A stretch of DNA of 64,000 nucleotides, taken from positions 113,584,001 to 113,648,000 of the forward strand of contig NC_042999.1 of NCBI RefSeq assembly GCF_006345805.1, given 5' to 3'. The notes below the pieces were generated by a model that did not search any database, was not told where the DNA came from, and saw nothing but the letters and a program-made list of their open reading frames with translations. The translations under genes were made by a program, and so were the position numbers. The stretch comes from Octopus sinensis. Taxonomy: Eukaryota. Shown here in pieces: positions 25,991-35,950 of the stretch (position 1 is its first letter; every line of letters starts with the position of its first letter).

Positions 25991-26730
25991 TCTGTTTTCT
26001 CATTAAACTCAATGTCATATCTGTTCACTAAGCAGTGATTATACAAACAAATCCAAAACCAATAGTTGGGAGTACGATGACTAACTAAATAAGACTTTGC
26101 AACGGAGCAAGTGGCTGGTTAAAATAATCTTTAAATTTCTTATAAGCAGGAGAACAACGTTCATACTTAGATACATACATACAAGCTACATACATCCATA
26201 TTTACCAATATATAAGCATTTAGACATGAAGACATACGTGAGTTCTCAGTTAAGTTCGTAACTGAGTTTCGCTTCCAGATTGTACATATTTCTCTTTAGT
26301 TAAATGATTAATCTTAAATTATTTGAGAAGAGAATGAACATTACAGCATGCCAATCTTTCTTCGTGATAACTCTGATCTCGTAGTAATATTTTGCCTTTA
26401 TGACAGTTGATTACTTACCTAGCATTCGGGGTAGACACTCTGTTATGATTCCCACATGAATCCATTTATTTCACTTCTAACGCCATTACTTTTGGGAAAG
26501 ACATGAAAGTCGCACACACCTGTTTTACACTACACTAAACTCAGGCTTCGTATTTACCGTATCCGGAAAGTTTGCCGCGAACATTTTTGACACAGGAAAA
26601 TTCGACTCAAGATTTTTGGCCGCAGGAAAGTTCGCCGCATAGGAAATTTTGCCGCAAGGAAGTTCGCCGCATAGGGAATTTTGCCGCAAGACAATTTAAC
26701 CGAAAAAAAGATGAATTGCTCCTTTGGTAT

Positions 26731-26982
26731 TGTATTATGAACGGTGAAAAGAGTACAACAGAAAAAGGAAGGAATGGAATGTAATTGGGTCTTACCTAGT
26801 CGGAGATAACTTGGATCGCCTTTAGCCAACTCGCTCGTGTCGTGTCTTCGTCGTGTCTCAGTCAACTGCTCGATGCCGCACGTGCGTTCTGCCTGTCGCT
26901 TCCGCTTCCGCCGGCGCATGCGCCCTGCAAGCCCCACTTCCGCTCTCCCCCATCCGTCACACTCCTTCACCATCACACCACA
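26731..26982 (-). repeat. 3' LTR (252 bp)
   Basis: Direct repeat of 30133-30385. Confidence 0.95.
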
Positions 26983-27018
26983 CGCCCCCCTGATCTATAG
27001 ATCACTGAACCGGCTTCC

Positions 27019-27568
27019 TCACTCGCTCCCGCACCTGAAACTGGTTTCATAATCAGCCAACCAGGGAGGAGGGTGCTGCTCCCTCTGTGGTCGCAGTGCG
27101 ACCCTAGGACTTGTTTCTGGTGTGTTGCTGCCGACCTCGTCATCCTGTCTGTTGTTTTCGTCTTGCCCACTGCTGCTTGTCCCATCCTCTGGGGCATGGA
27201 CAATCCTCCGTATGTCCAAAACGTGGCGTGGCATACCATCGACCGAGATGTTATTCTTTGAATTTACGGAGGTTATTGTCCCCTTTCCCCATTGCGATGT
27301 ACACCGTGCGTTTGGGGGTTTTACCCAGACTTCCTCTCCGACCTGCACGAAGGCGTGCTCTTCCTCTGCCCCGGGTCGCATTGATGTAGTACACAGATGC
27401 CTCCACTCGTACCTGAATATTGCCCTGTGTGGCACCGACTCCTCAGCCTGTCCTGATCTGGGCGACATATTGTACCAAAACACGGCCTCGACTGGTGAAA
27501 TGTGACCCCTCTCTGCCATGGCCTTGATGGTACGATGATGCCTTTCCACCACCCCGTTTCCACTTGTT
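27019..27568 (-). pseudogene. Integrase C-terminal part only (core E motif onward)
   Basis: SGNGVVERHHRTIK...EVWVKPPNARCTSQWGKG fused directly to the RNase H end VIFVPSEKNK. Confidence 0.85.
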
Positions 27569-27747
27569 CTTCTCGGAAGGCACAAAGATCACGCTCAGCT
27601 TCAGATTGAACTCAGTGGTTAGTTCACGCAGTATTCCTAATCGACGCTTTACCAGCATCTCTGCAGCCCCTTTGGTCCGCACCCTCCGCTCATCGGTGAT
27701 GACTGCTGTCGCCCAACCAAGTACAGTGGCCGAATCAGTCCTGATTT

Positions 27748-29379
27748 CTATGGTGTGCAACCCCACTTCAAGGCTAGGTTCACCCCCTTCAGCACGGCAT
27801 CCAACTCCGCCACGTTGATATGATTGCAGTCATCCATCTTCCTGAGCCAGGCCGCATCTTCCACCGTGACACCTCCCACTTCCAAGACGACCCCTATTGC
27901 GATGCTACTGGCGTCACACCATACGATCCCGCTTTTTGATTTGGGAACATACCAGCTGCCCCTCACTGGATCCTCTGCTCCTACTCTGACCAAGACTTCC
28001 TTCATCATGTCGATTGTCCTCTCCCCGACTTTATCATTCCACTTCACTCCTTCGGCTCGTCTCTTGATGAAGCTACATGCTGTCCGGAGCCAGCCTGCAA
28101 TCGGGTAGTGTCCCACCAGCTTCCCACACACAGAGAACAGTTCCCGTCTACTCATGCTGGCGCCCAGTTCAGGGACCTCATTCCCTCGCCGGAACACCAA
28201 GGCGTCGGCCTTGTCTCTCCATAGCTTGAGGCCCAGTGCAGCACCTCCCTCCATAGCCTCTGGCGGCTTGGCGATCAGTCCAAAACTCTTCAGGTGGCCT
28301 ATGACCTCCGTTGCTGGTATCACGGTTTCATCCACCAGAATGTCGTCGATGTATGAATTGGTGGCCCTTTTTACTCTGTCCACCTTCCCCAGGATGGCCT
28401 TGAGAATTGTTGCCATAATCTTCGGCGCTGAATTCAGCCCGAATCCCAACCTGGTCAGACAGTACGTCCGGCCCCTATACCTGACGAGCTGGTACTTCCA
28501 TAGTTTCTCAGCCACATGCACCTGAAGGTATGCCGACTTTAAATCGACAATCGTGGAGGCCCCCGTCGTCTGCCTCCACTCTCGCAAGGCGTCTCCGCAG
28601 ACATCCGTGGCCTCGCCGCCTGTATGACACGACACGTGGTCATTCAGCTCTCGGAAGTCGAGCACTGGCCTGACCTTACGCTTTGTGGGCTGTATCACCG
28701 CCATCAGTGGCAGGACTCCGCTCTCTTCTTTTTCCCAGGGGATCAGTATGCCCTCCTTAAACCACCGCTCCACCTCCCCCTCGAACTCACTTCTGGCATC
28801 TCCTTTTAGAGTATACTGATAGCAGCCCACTTTATTCTTTAACATCGAGGGTTCTCCCTTCCAGTGCCACTCCACTGTCCACCTCTCGCCATCAAAGACA
28901 GCCCGAAAATCCTGGTCTTCAATGGTGTGCGCCGCATCCTTTTCCTCACGGTTGTCGTCGGTGCGCGGTCTCGCCCTACACGGTTTCCCCGCTAACCCAA
29001 ACGTTACGCCAGCCTCGTTGACGGTGACACCTCCCAAACGGGTGATTGCATCCATCCCCATCACCACGTCGATCTCGTCCACCAAGTGACCAACCACAAT
29101 TGCTCGCAACGTCAGCTGTAGTCCCTGCACCACAATCTGCGCATCCGTAACCCCTTCGCAGTGAACTTCTCTTCCGTCAACTGCCCTAACACTGCTTCCT
29201 CCACTCCACGTCTCTGCCACTTCTGTGGTCATCAGGGTCGTCGTACAGCCCGTGTCCACCAGGGCTCGCGACATCTTCCCCTTCACCAGAATGTCGACCA
29301 CAGGTAGCGATGATAAACGCGCCGCTACTAATCCAAAGGGACAACTACCGGCGCAGTAGTCTCCCGCGGTCCGTTTCCC
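27748..29379 (-). pseudogene. pol: Pol: protease, RT and RNase H; frameshift near 27762
   Basis: LVDTGC (protease), RPVLDFRELN, IVDLKSAYLQV, YIDD (RT), WCDAS, AELDAV (RNase H); KWGCTP* is out of frame with GLHTIEIRTDS because a G-run is one base short. Confidence 0.92.
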
Positions 29380-30059
29380 CACAGACACTCGCTGGCTACA
29401 TGCCCTGGCTCTCGACACCGGTAGCAAATCACCTCAGGCTTGGGCGACGCGCAGTCATGGAAACACTGTCCTTTGAACGATCGCACGCGTTCTCTCCTCA
29501 GCCCCTCTCCGCTGCTCCTAGCTGGGCCACTTTTCGACGTTACAGTCGCTGCTACCGACGTCAACCTGCTGCACGAAACCAGTACACGTGCCCGCGATAT
29601 GATATCGGCCATCGGCATCGAACGCACGTTCGGGAGCTTCTGTAGCTCGACCGACATGATGTCAGGAAAGCCGGTCACGAACGCTAACCTAACCGTCCGT
29701 TCTAGCGACTCTCCCTCATATCCCGCCAGTTTAGCCAACCTTTTAAGCTCACTGGCGAACACGTCCACCTGTTGCCCAGTCCATCTCATTCTACCCAGCC
29801 GAGCGTACGCTTCAAACATTCCTTCCGCGAAGGCCTCCATAAGTCGGATTTCCACTTTATCTGCGCTGAGTTGGTCCGTCTCCTCCATCTCTAAATATAA
29901 CGCCAACGCCGGGCCATCCAAATACAACGGCATGAAACTCGCCAGGTCAGCTATACCGTGGAGCTTCGCCACCAACTTCACCCTCTTCAACCAAGCGACC
30001 ACATCGGTGTCGCCGCAAAACGGTGTTATAGGCTCGCGTGAAACCAGAGCACTCTGCAT
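29328..30059 (-). CDS. gag: Gag (243 aa) with one intact CCHC knuckle and a truncated first knuckle
   Basis: Open ORF: ITPFCGDTDVVAWLKRVKLVAKL...CFHDCASPKPEVICYRCREPGHVASEC. Confidence 0.9.
   Translation of the reverse strand: MQSALVSREPITPFCGDTDVVAWLKRVKLVAKLHGIADLASFMPLYLDGPALALYLEMEETDQLSADKVEIRLMEAFAEGMFEAYARLGRMRWTGQQVDVFASELKRLAKLAGYEGESLERTVRLAFVTGFPDIMSVELQKLPNVRSMPMADIISRARVLVSCSRLTSVAATVTSKSGPARSSGEGLRRERVRSFKGQCFHDCASPKPEVICYRCREPGHVASECLWGNGPRETTAPVVVPLD
29338..29379 (-). promoter_or_regulatory. -1 programmed ribosomal frameshift signal
   Basis: Slippery G GGA AAC (29379-29373), 7-nt spacer, hairpin GGGAGACTACT-GCGCC-GGTAGTTGTCCC; switches gag WGNG to pol GKRTAG. Confidence 0.75.
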
Positions 30060-30120
30060 AATTTTTCTATTTTTATTTTTACGAAACCGAGTGATTATTT
30101 GCCGGTCCCAGTGATTATTT

Positions 30121-30132
30121 GCCGAAATAGCT
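30121..30132 (-). promoter_or_regulatory. Putative primer-binding site complementary to tRNA-Phe nt 1-12
   Basis: AGCTATTTCGGC abuts the 5' LTR; the plus strand reads GCCGAAATAGCT, the 5' end of conserved metazoan tRNA-Phe(GAA). Confidence 0.65.
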
Positions 30133-30385
30133 TGTAGTATGAACGGTGAAAAGAGTACAACAGAAAAAGGAAGGAATGGAATGTAATTGGGTCTTACCTA
30201 GTCGGAGATGAACTTGGATCGCCTTTAGCCAACTCGCTCGTGTCGTGTCTTCGTCGTGTCTCAGTCAACTGCTCGATGCCGCACGTGCGTTCTACCTGTC
30301 GCTTCCGCTTCCGCCGGCGCATGCGCCCTGCAAGCCCCACTTCCGCTCTCCCCCATCCGTCACACTCCTTCACCATCACACCACA
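30133..30385 (-). repeat. 5' LTR (253 bp)
   Basis: TGTGGTGTGATG...CATACTACA; three differences from the 3' LTR seen by eye (2 substitutions, 1 indel). Confidence 0.95.
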
Positions 30386-30712
30386 GGTATATAATTGTTT
30401 CAACCGACCTATCAATTATACTATTATAGCAAAGCTACAAGGGGTGGGGACGGGCAAAATAAAGCAATCTAAAAGATGATAATGTTTTCAAAAAAAGTTT
30501 GCTTAAAAATACAATATAAATATAACATTTACAAAGAACAAGAAGAAAACAAAAAAACAGTTAAATCTAAAAAGGAATTATAAAACACACACATGCATAT
30601 ATATATATATATATAATCAAAATTCAGTTGAATTAGGTAGGTACTTAAGTTGCGGCACTAAGTCAGTCCGGTGTGGTCCGCACAGCTCGAATTTAGGTGA
30701 ATAAAAAGCAAA

Positions 30713-31288
30713 TAAGTATCAAGGATGTCCAAGTACCAGTGCATTACGGCCGTTTCAAGCGGCTCCATTTAATCGATCAAGGCTAGCATTACATCAATTT
30801 GAAAGAAGCTGCTCTCCTCGGAGCATACGACCATATAGATTTCCAACTTACAGGATACACCGTTATAATTTTTTTAACAAGTTTTCATTAGAACTAGAGA
30901 CTAAAATAATTACAAAGCTTCTCTTTGCTATTTTGTGGCACTAAATTTAGCGAAAAAAATACTTAAAGCCTACTATAATTTAGAGTGGCGGAAGAAAATA
31001 CTGGGGGTCAAGATTAAATCATAGTAGGCTTTAAGTATTTTTCCCTAAATTTCATTCTGCCAGAAAAAAAAAAGCAAAGAGAAGCATTGTAATTATTTTA
31101 GTCTCTAGAAAACTTGCTAAAAAATTATAATGGTGTATCATGTATGTTGAAAATCTAGATGGTTGTATGCACCCGAGGAGAGTTTTTTTTTTTTTTTTTC
31201 AAATTGATGTAATGTTTTCGTTGATTGATTAAATGGAACCGCTTGAAACGGCCGTAATGTACTGATTCCTAGATATCCTTGTTACTTA
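30713..31288. repeat. ~575-bp imperfect palindrome (foldback element)
   Basis: TAAGTATCAAGGAT...ATTACGGCCGTTTCAAGCGG...TACTTAAAGCCTACTAT mirrored by ATAGTAGGCTTTAAGTA...CCGCTTGAAACGGCCGTAAT...ATCCTTGTTACTTA. Confidence 0.85.
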
Positions 31289-32072
31289 TATATATATAGC
31301 AATTTTTTTTCAGAGCCGCAATTTCTTTAAATCAGCTTGCCGGCCTTTTCTTCGAAATTATCTATACGGCGAAATTATCTTACGGCAAAATTTCCTAAAC
31401 GGCACTGCAACAAAAATGTTTACGGCGAATGTTCCTAGAACCCTATTTACACATGAAGAAACAAATAAATTTACTGAGTGCCTTCATACAAGGCTAACAT
31501 ACATACTATAGTGCAGTAATTGCCTTAAATTCTTAAATAAAGAGGTGAACATCACGCAATCTTATTTTCTCCCTATTGTGTAAGCATGAGGCCATAACTC
31601 AAATAAGAAATCAATATTTTATAATTCAAAGTGACGAGTAAAGTTGAGTAATGTATATTCTTCATATGATCCTGTTCAACGACAAGACTTCTGTCCTTAA
31701 TAGGAAATATATTTCCATAACTCCAGTTTACTAGGATTCGATACAATTTTACCATTTATACTGACTTAGAACTTCATGGCAAAATCTGAAATTTGTATAG
31801 AAGAGTATTGTTGATTAAATCAATGTTAGTACGTTATTCAACTCACCTTGGTAAAATGAAAGCCAAAGCAAATTGGATTTCAAATGAAAATAGGTATAAC
31901 TAAATATTACAAGACACCCCACTGCTCACTACCACTCCACTCTACTTTGATATTGTCAACATATCACAGTCTAGAAAACTGGCTCTTATAGAATTTTGCA
32001 AAAGAAATACAAGGCCAAATTAATGAATTAATGTAACTAGTTGTCTATTATTAGAAATGACGGATTTCTTTT

Positions 32073-33260
32073 ATATAAAACTAGCATTAAAGATCCGTCG
32101 TTGCCGGGTCATAGTGCTAGTGCATGTATATATGTGTATATATATGTGTACATATTACATGTACATCTATATATATATACATCTACACATAAAATACAAA
32201 ATACAAAGTTATATCTTGATATCGCTAGTGATAACAATACTCAAAATATACAACAGACTATAATTGTTAGCCCGTCTCTTGTAATTTCGATCAATTGTAT
32301 CTTGTCCTCCCACTTGTATAGGAGTGTGGCTACAATCCAGCCTACCTCTACTTCTGGGGGAGGGGGCATTTTTGATTTTTTTTCCGACACATCCTACGTC
32401 CCAGATATAAAGGTAAAAATAAAATATTTCCACTTTGCAAGGTTCGAGTCGAGTACTCCCTTGCACGCTCCGTTGACTCGAACCTTGCTTCTATTGTGGC
32501 GAATTTACCGCCTCTGATTAGATACCTTTCATAGTCGCACCAAGACACTTTTCAAAGGTGACTTCCTCCATGTGTTCAAATCTTCTTTTTTCTCTACATT
32601 GTATACTTTATAGACAATAGTCTTTTCTTTAATTTGATTTTCTATTATCCATCTGGACTATTCCATTTCTGCACGCTAATTTTATTTTTAATTTATTCCC
32701 ATTCATGTGAAACCCCTTATTCAAGTTCAAATCATTGATGCAATTTTATACCAATTGCTATTTTTACTTTTGTTATGTTACGATTATATTATACTTTAGT
32801 TTGATTTTAATTATTACTTACTACATATAATTCAATTGTTATTATTACTTTTATTGTTAAAGTGAAAGTATCTGACATAAAATAGAGAAATGTTTTTGTT
32901 TCACTTTTAACACCCAATACTGAAATAGTGGAGAAGATATGATATTGCTATGGGCTCGCTCTAGGCAAGAAGTTGAACATTTTTTTGCCCATGAAACTAC
33001 ATGGACCCTAAGTAAGGCATGTGTAAAATTTGAATGGAATTGGTTGAGTAGTTCTCAAATTTTAGGGAATCGTAGTGGAGAAGATATGATATTGGTGTGG
33101 GCTCGCCCTAGGCAAAAAGCTCAAACTTTTTTTGTCGATGACACTCCCTGGACCCTAAGTAAGGCATGTGTAAAATTTGAATGAAATTGGTTGTGTAGTT
33201 CTCAAGTTTTAGGGAAACACACAGACAGACAGACATTATCAGTTTTATATATATAAAGAT
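32073..33260 (+). mobile_element. Non-autonomous Helitron/Helentron-like element with internal ~145-bp tandem duplication
   Basis: 5' ACTAGCATTAAAGATCCGTCGTTGCCGGG; two copies of TAGTGGAGAAGATATGATATT...TTTTAGGGA (32927-33215); 3' (CAGA)n...TTTTATATATATAAAGAT. Confidence 0.65.
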
Positions 33261-33299
33261 GTTATATATCAAAAAGCTTACATTTAGTATAACGGAACA

Positions 33300-34300
33300 T
33301 TCAGAAAAAGACGGAATCCCTTCATTAAACTGAATGTATTTATGGGGAAGATGAGAGGAGCCGTAGGAGCATCAAGTTGATCAATGGGACTAAGACCATT
33401 ATACAGGAGGTGAAGAAATAGAAATAACATTCAGTGTTGGTGTGTGAAAACTTGTTAACTTAGGTGGAAAATTTTTTTCCCTAATAGTTTTTCTGAGATG
33501 CGGACTAGAATTTAATGTGTAAATAGTGTACAAAGTTCTTGATGTCTAATTAGTAAGCTACGTGTTGCGAGTATTTGGATTAAAGAGTTAGTTAGCAGCT
33601 GTTCGACCTTGAAATGTAGTCGGTGAAATTTTGTTTTATTGTCTTTTTTCCCCTCGGGCATTTGTATAGTGTGTAACTGTTGAATAAGATTAAGGACTGC
33701 TTGGCTGCAGGATTTTTTTCAGACTTTTCTGATTTCGTTAGATGTTGAGGCTAGAGAATGAGGAATATGGCTAATGAGAAGAAAGGGAGAGGAGAATTCT
33801 CAGGGTTATTTTCATGTTTATTTGGAACAAATGATGATTAGATTGTCGATGTAATTAAAGGAAGTGAGCCAGAGAGATGAATGAGCAAAGCATGCGAGAG
33901 AAACAAAAACACGACGGAACCAAAAGTTCCGGGCCCAGGTTGTGGGGGTGGTGATAGTAGGAATTATTCTTTCAAAATTCATGAGTGCTGAACTTAATTT
34001 CTTTTTAAGGAGGAACCTAGTAGATAGTCAAGGGCCTCTCCTTGGCTGTCCAGGCCCAAGTACACTTAAATGAAAGTGAGACTAACTAGCTGTCATGTCG
34101 TTCATATCTGTCTTTAAATATATATGATAATCGAGTGAACTGCAAATTAACTGATTGAAATTTTCATGGATAATGTTGTTAAAATTAGTATTTGAAGACG
34201 TGGATAACTCGGACTTCTGCTGAAAATAGTCGTTAGGTTTCCGCATCAAACTTGAGTGGCCACATACCAATTGTACTGGCTGGGAGACATTAACAAGGAT
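33300..34300 (-). mobile_element. Highly degenerate Penelope-like RT remnant
   Basis: Scattered fragments CSSLDYHIYLKTDMND, QGEALDYLL, NNSYY, FNYIDNL and PYSSF occur in Penelope RT order. Confidence 0.45.
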
Positions 34301-35476
34301 GGTAGATTACACAAAACACCAGCTGACTGGCAACATTCAGACAAGAATTTAGAGCTGCTTGATTCCAATGAAGAAATGAGAACAAAGACATGAAGTGCAT
34401 AGCTCTGCGATCTCTGCGACACAATAAAGTTTCTTCCTTTCGTCATAGAATCGATGAACCTATGTTGAAACAGCTGTTTCTAATCAATCTCTCCTCAAAT
34501 AACAACGTTTTAACAGTTATTAAAATCTCCAGTTTGTGAATAAAAAAACATTGGTTATTATTACTTTTTTTTTTTTTTTCCAAAATCGCACTAAAGACAA
34601 AAATGGCCATTAATTTACAAATTACGTATTATTCCTACTTTGCTACCGGCGTCAGTAGTTATATTTCAACTGTTCAATAAAAGAATAATGTTGAATTTAT
34701 TGTTACCTTGTGAGAATAAAAATTTAAAAACAAACGAAACTCAAGAATGATATTTTCGTGGTGAGACCATACCTGGAGAGACCATACGAGCTGTTCACTG
34801 TGGCTTTCATAATAAATGGAAAATTAATTTTCTGTTTTATTTCTTTCTTTCTTTATTTATTTATATAAATATCTACTTTTCGAAGATTTATTTTTATCAT
34901 TGCAATTTTACGATAAGTGTAGCAACCTCTATTCAGGAAATTCACTTTCGATCCCTGGTTAAGACAGATCTTTATTCCATCCATTATATATATGATTACA
35001 AATCATCTGAACTAAATTCCAGATCAAATCTTCACGAGTGGGTAACTTTTTTTTTTTCTTTTTTTGTCTTTTCAAGGAAACTTATTCCATAATCTTCGGA
35101 AATTTCTACACAATATTTAAAGTAGTAATACATGTTTGATTGTCAATCTATGATGAATTTTTAAACACCAAGAAATTTCTTCAAAAATTCTGTTTCTCGA
35201 AATTCGCCAACACTATTGCTGACATACTTCTACATCCTTTCGTCTTTACGGCTCTTTTACTGTTCACTTTCCTGTCTTTTATTGTGTACTGTGCTTTGAC
35301 TACTTTCTTCCCAGTCCTTTTGCTCTTTTCGAGGAGTTGTAGTGCATCTGTGTATTGTATGCGATAAGCTCAGTATCATTTCCATTTTACTTCTCAGAAC
35401 CCTTGATTTTACTTGTTCCGGTTAATTCTGTAAGAGCGGAAAGCAACCTATTATCATTATTTTCTTAAAATATTCA

Positions 35477-35690
35477 AGCTAGCAGAATCGTTACCGCGAG
35501 TAAATGCTTAGCGGCATTTCGTCCGTCTTTATGTTCTGAGTTCAAATTCCGCCGAGGTCGACTTTGCCTTTCATCTTTTCTGGTCGATAAATTAAGTACC
35601 AGTTAAACACTGGGTTGATGTAATCGACTAGTCCCCTCCCGTCAAATTTTAGATCTTGTGCCTTTAGTAGAAAGGGTTGTTTTGTTGCTG

Positions 35691-35724
<34 letters not shown>

Positions 35725-35950
35725 GGCGGCGAGCTAGCAGAATCATTAAGCACACCAGGCAAAATGCTAAGCGACATTTCGTCCGTCTTCATTTTCTCAG
35801 TTCAAATTCTACCGAGGTCCCCTTCCCCACGAATGTCAGTCCTTGTGCTTTTAGTAGAAAGGATTATTTGGATAAGGCAACGAACTAACAGAATCGTTTG
35901 TACACCAGGCAAAATGCTGAGCGGCATTTTGTCTGTCTTCATGTTCTGAA
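35477..35950 (+). mobile_element. Head-to-tail array of three SINE-B copies separated by (ATT)n
   Basis: Heads GCAGAATCGTTA/GCAGAATCATTAAGCAC/ACAGAATCGTTTG at ~35483, 35737 and 35889. Confidence 0.8.

Larger units (their letters stand above)
26731..30385 (-). mobile_element. Compact Ty3/Gypsy LTR retrotransposon, young, non-autonomous (integrase-deleted)
   Basis: Two LTRs with TG..CA ends, GGTAT TSD (26726-30 and 30386-90), PPT AGATCAGGGGGGCG next to the 3' LTR, gag-PR-RT-RH-IN order. Confidence 0.96.
26557..31444. mobile_element. Non-autonomous DNA element with subterminal repeat arrays (MULE/foldback-like), host to the LTR insertion
   Basis: Left ~17-bp repeats GGAAAGTTCGCCGCATA/GGAAATTTTGCCGCAA; right inverted repeats TACGGCGAAATT/TACGGCAAAATT; imperfect TIR; TATTTAC flanks both ends. 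Confidence 0.5.

Noticed and set aside
26600-26700. Short ~17-bp repeats, and the ~60-bp repeats at 62060-62400, considered as CRISPR-like arrays
   Set aside because: No unique spacers or cas genes, and the context is eukaryotic; they are transposon subterminal and 3'UTR repeats.
26554-26976. 140-aa and 73-79-aa ORFs over the LTRs (also 30194-30479)
   Set aside because: Incidental ORFs in GC-rich LTR sequence that read out into flanking DNA.
27824-30114. Plus-strand ORFs opposite gag and pol (94-224 aa)
   Set aside because: Antisense shadows of a GC-rich coding region; no independent motifs.
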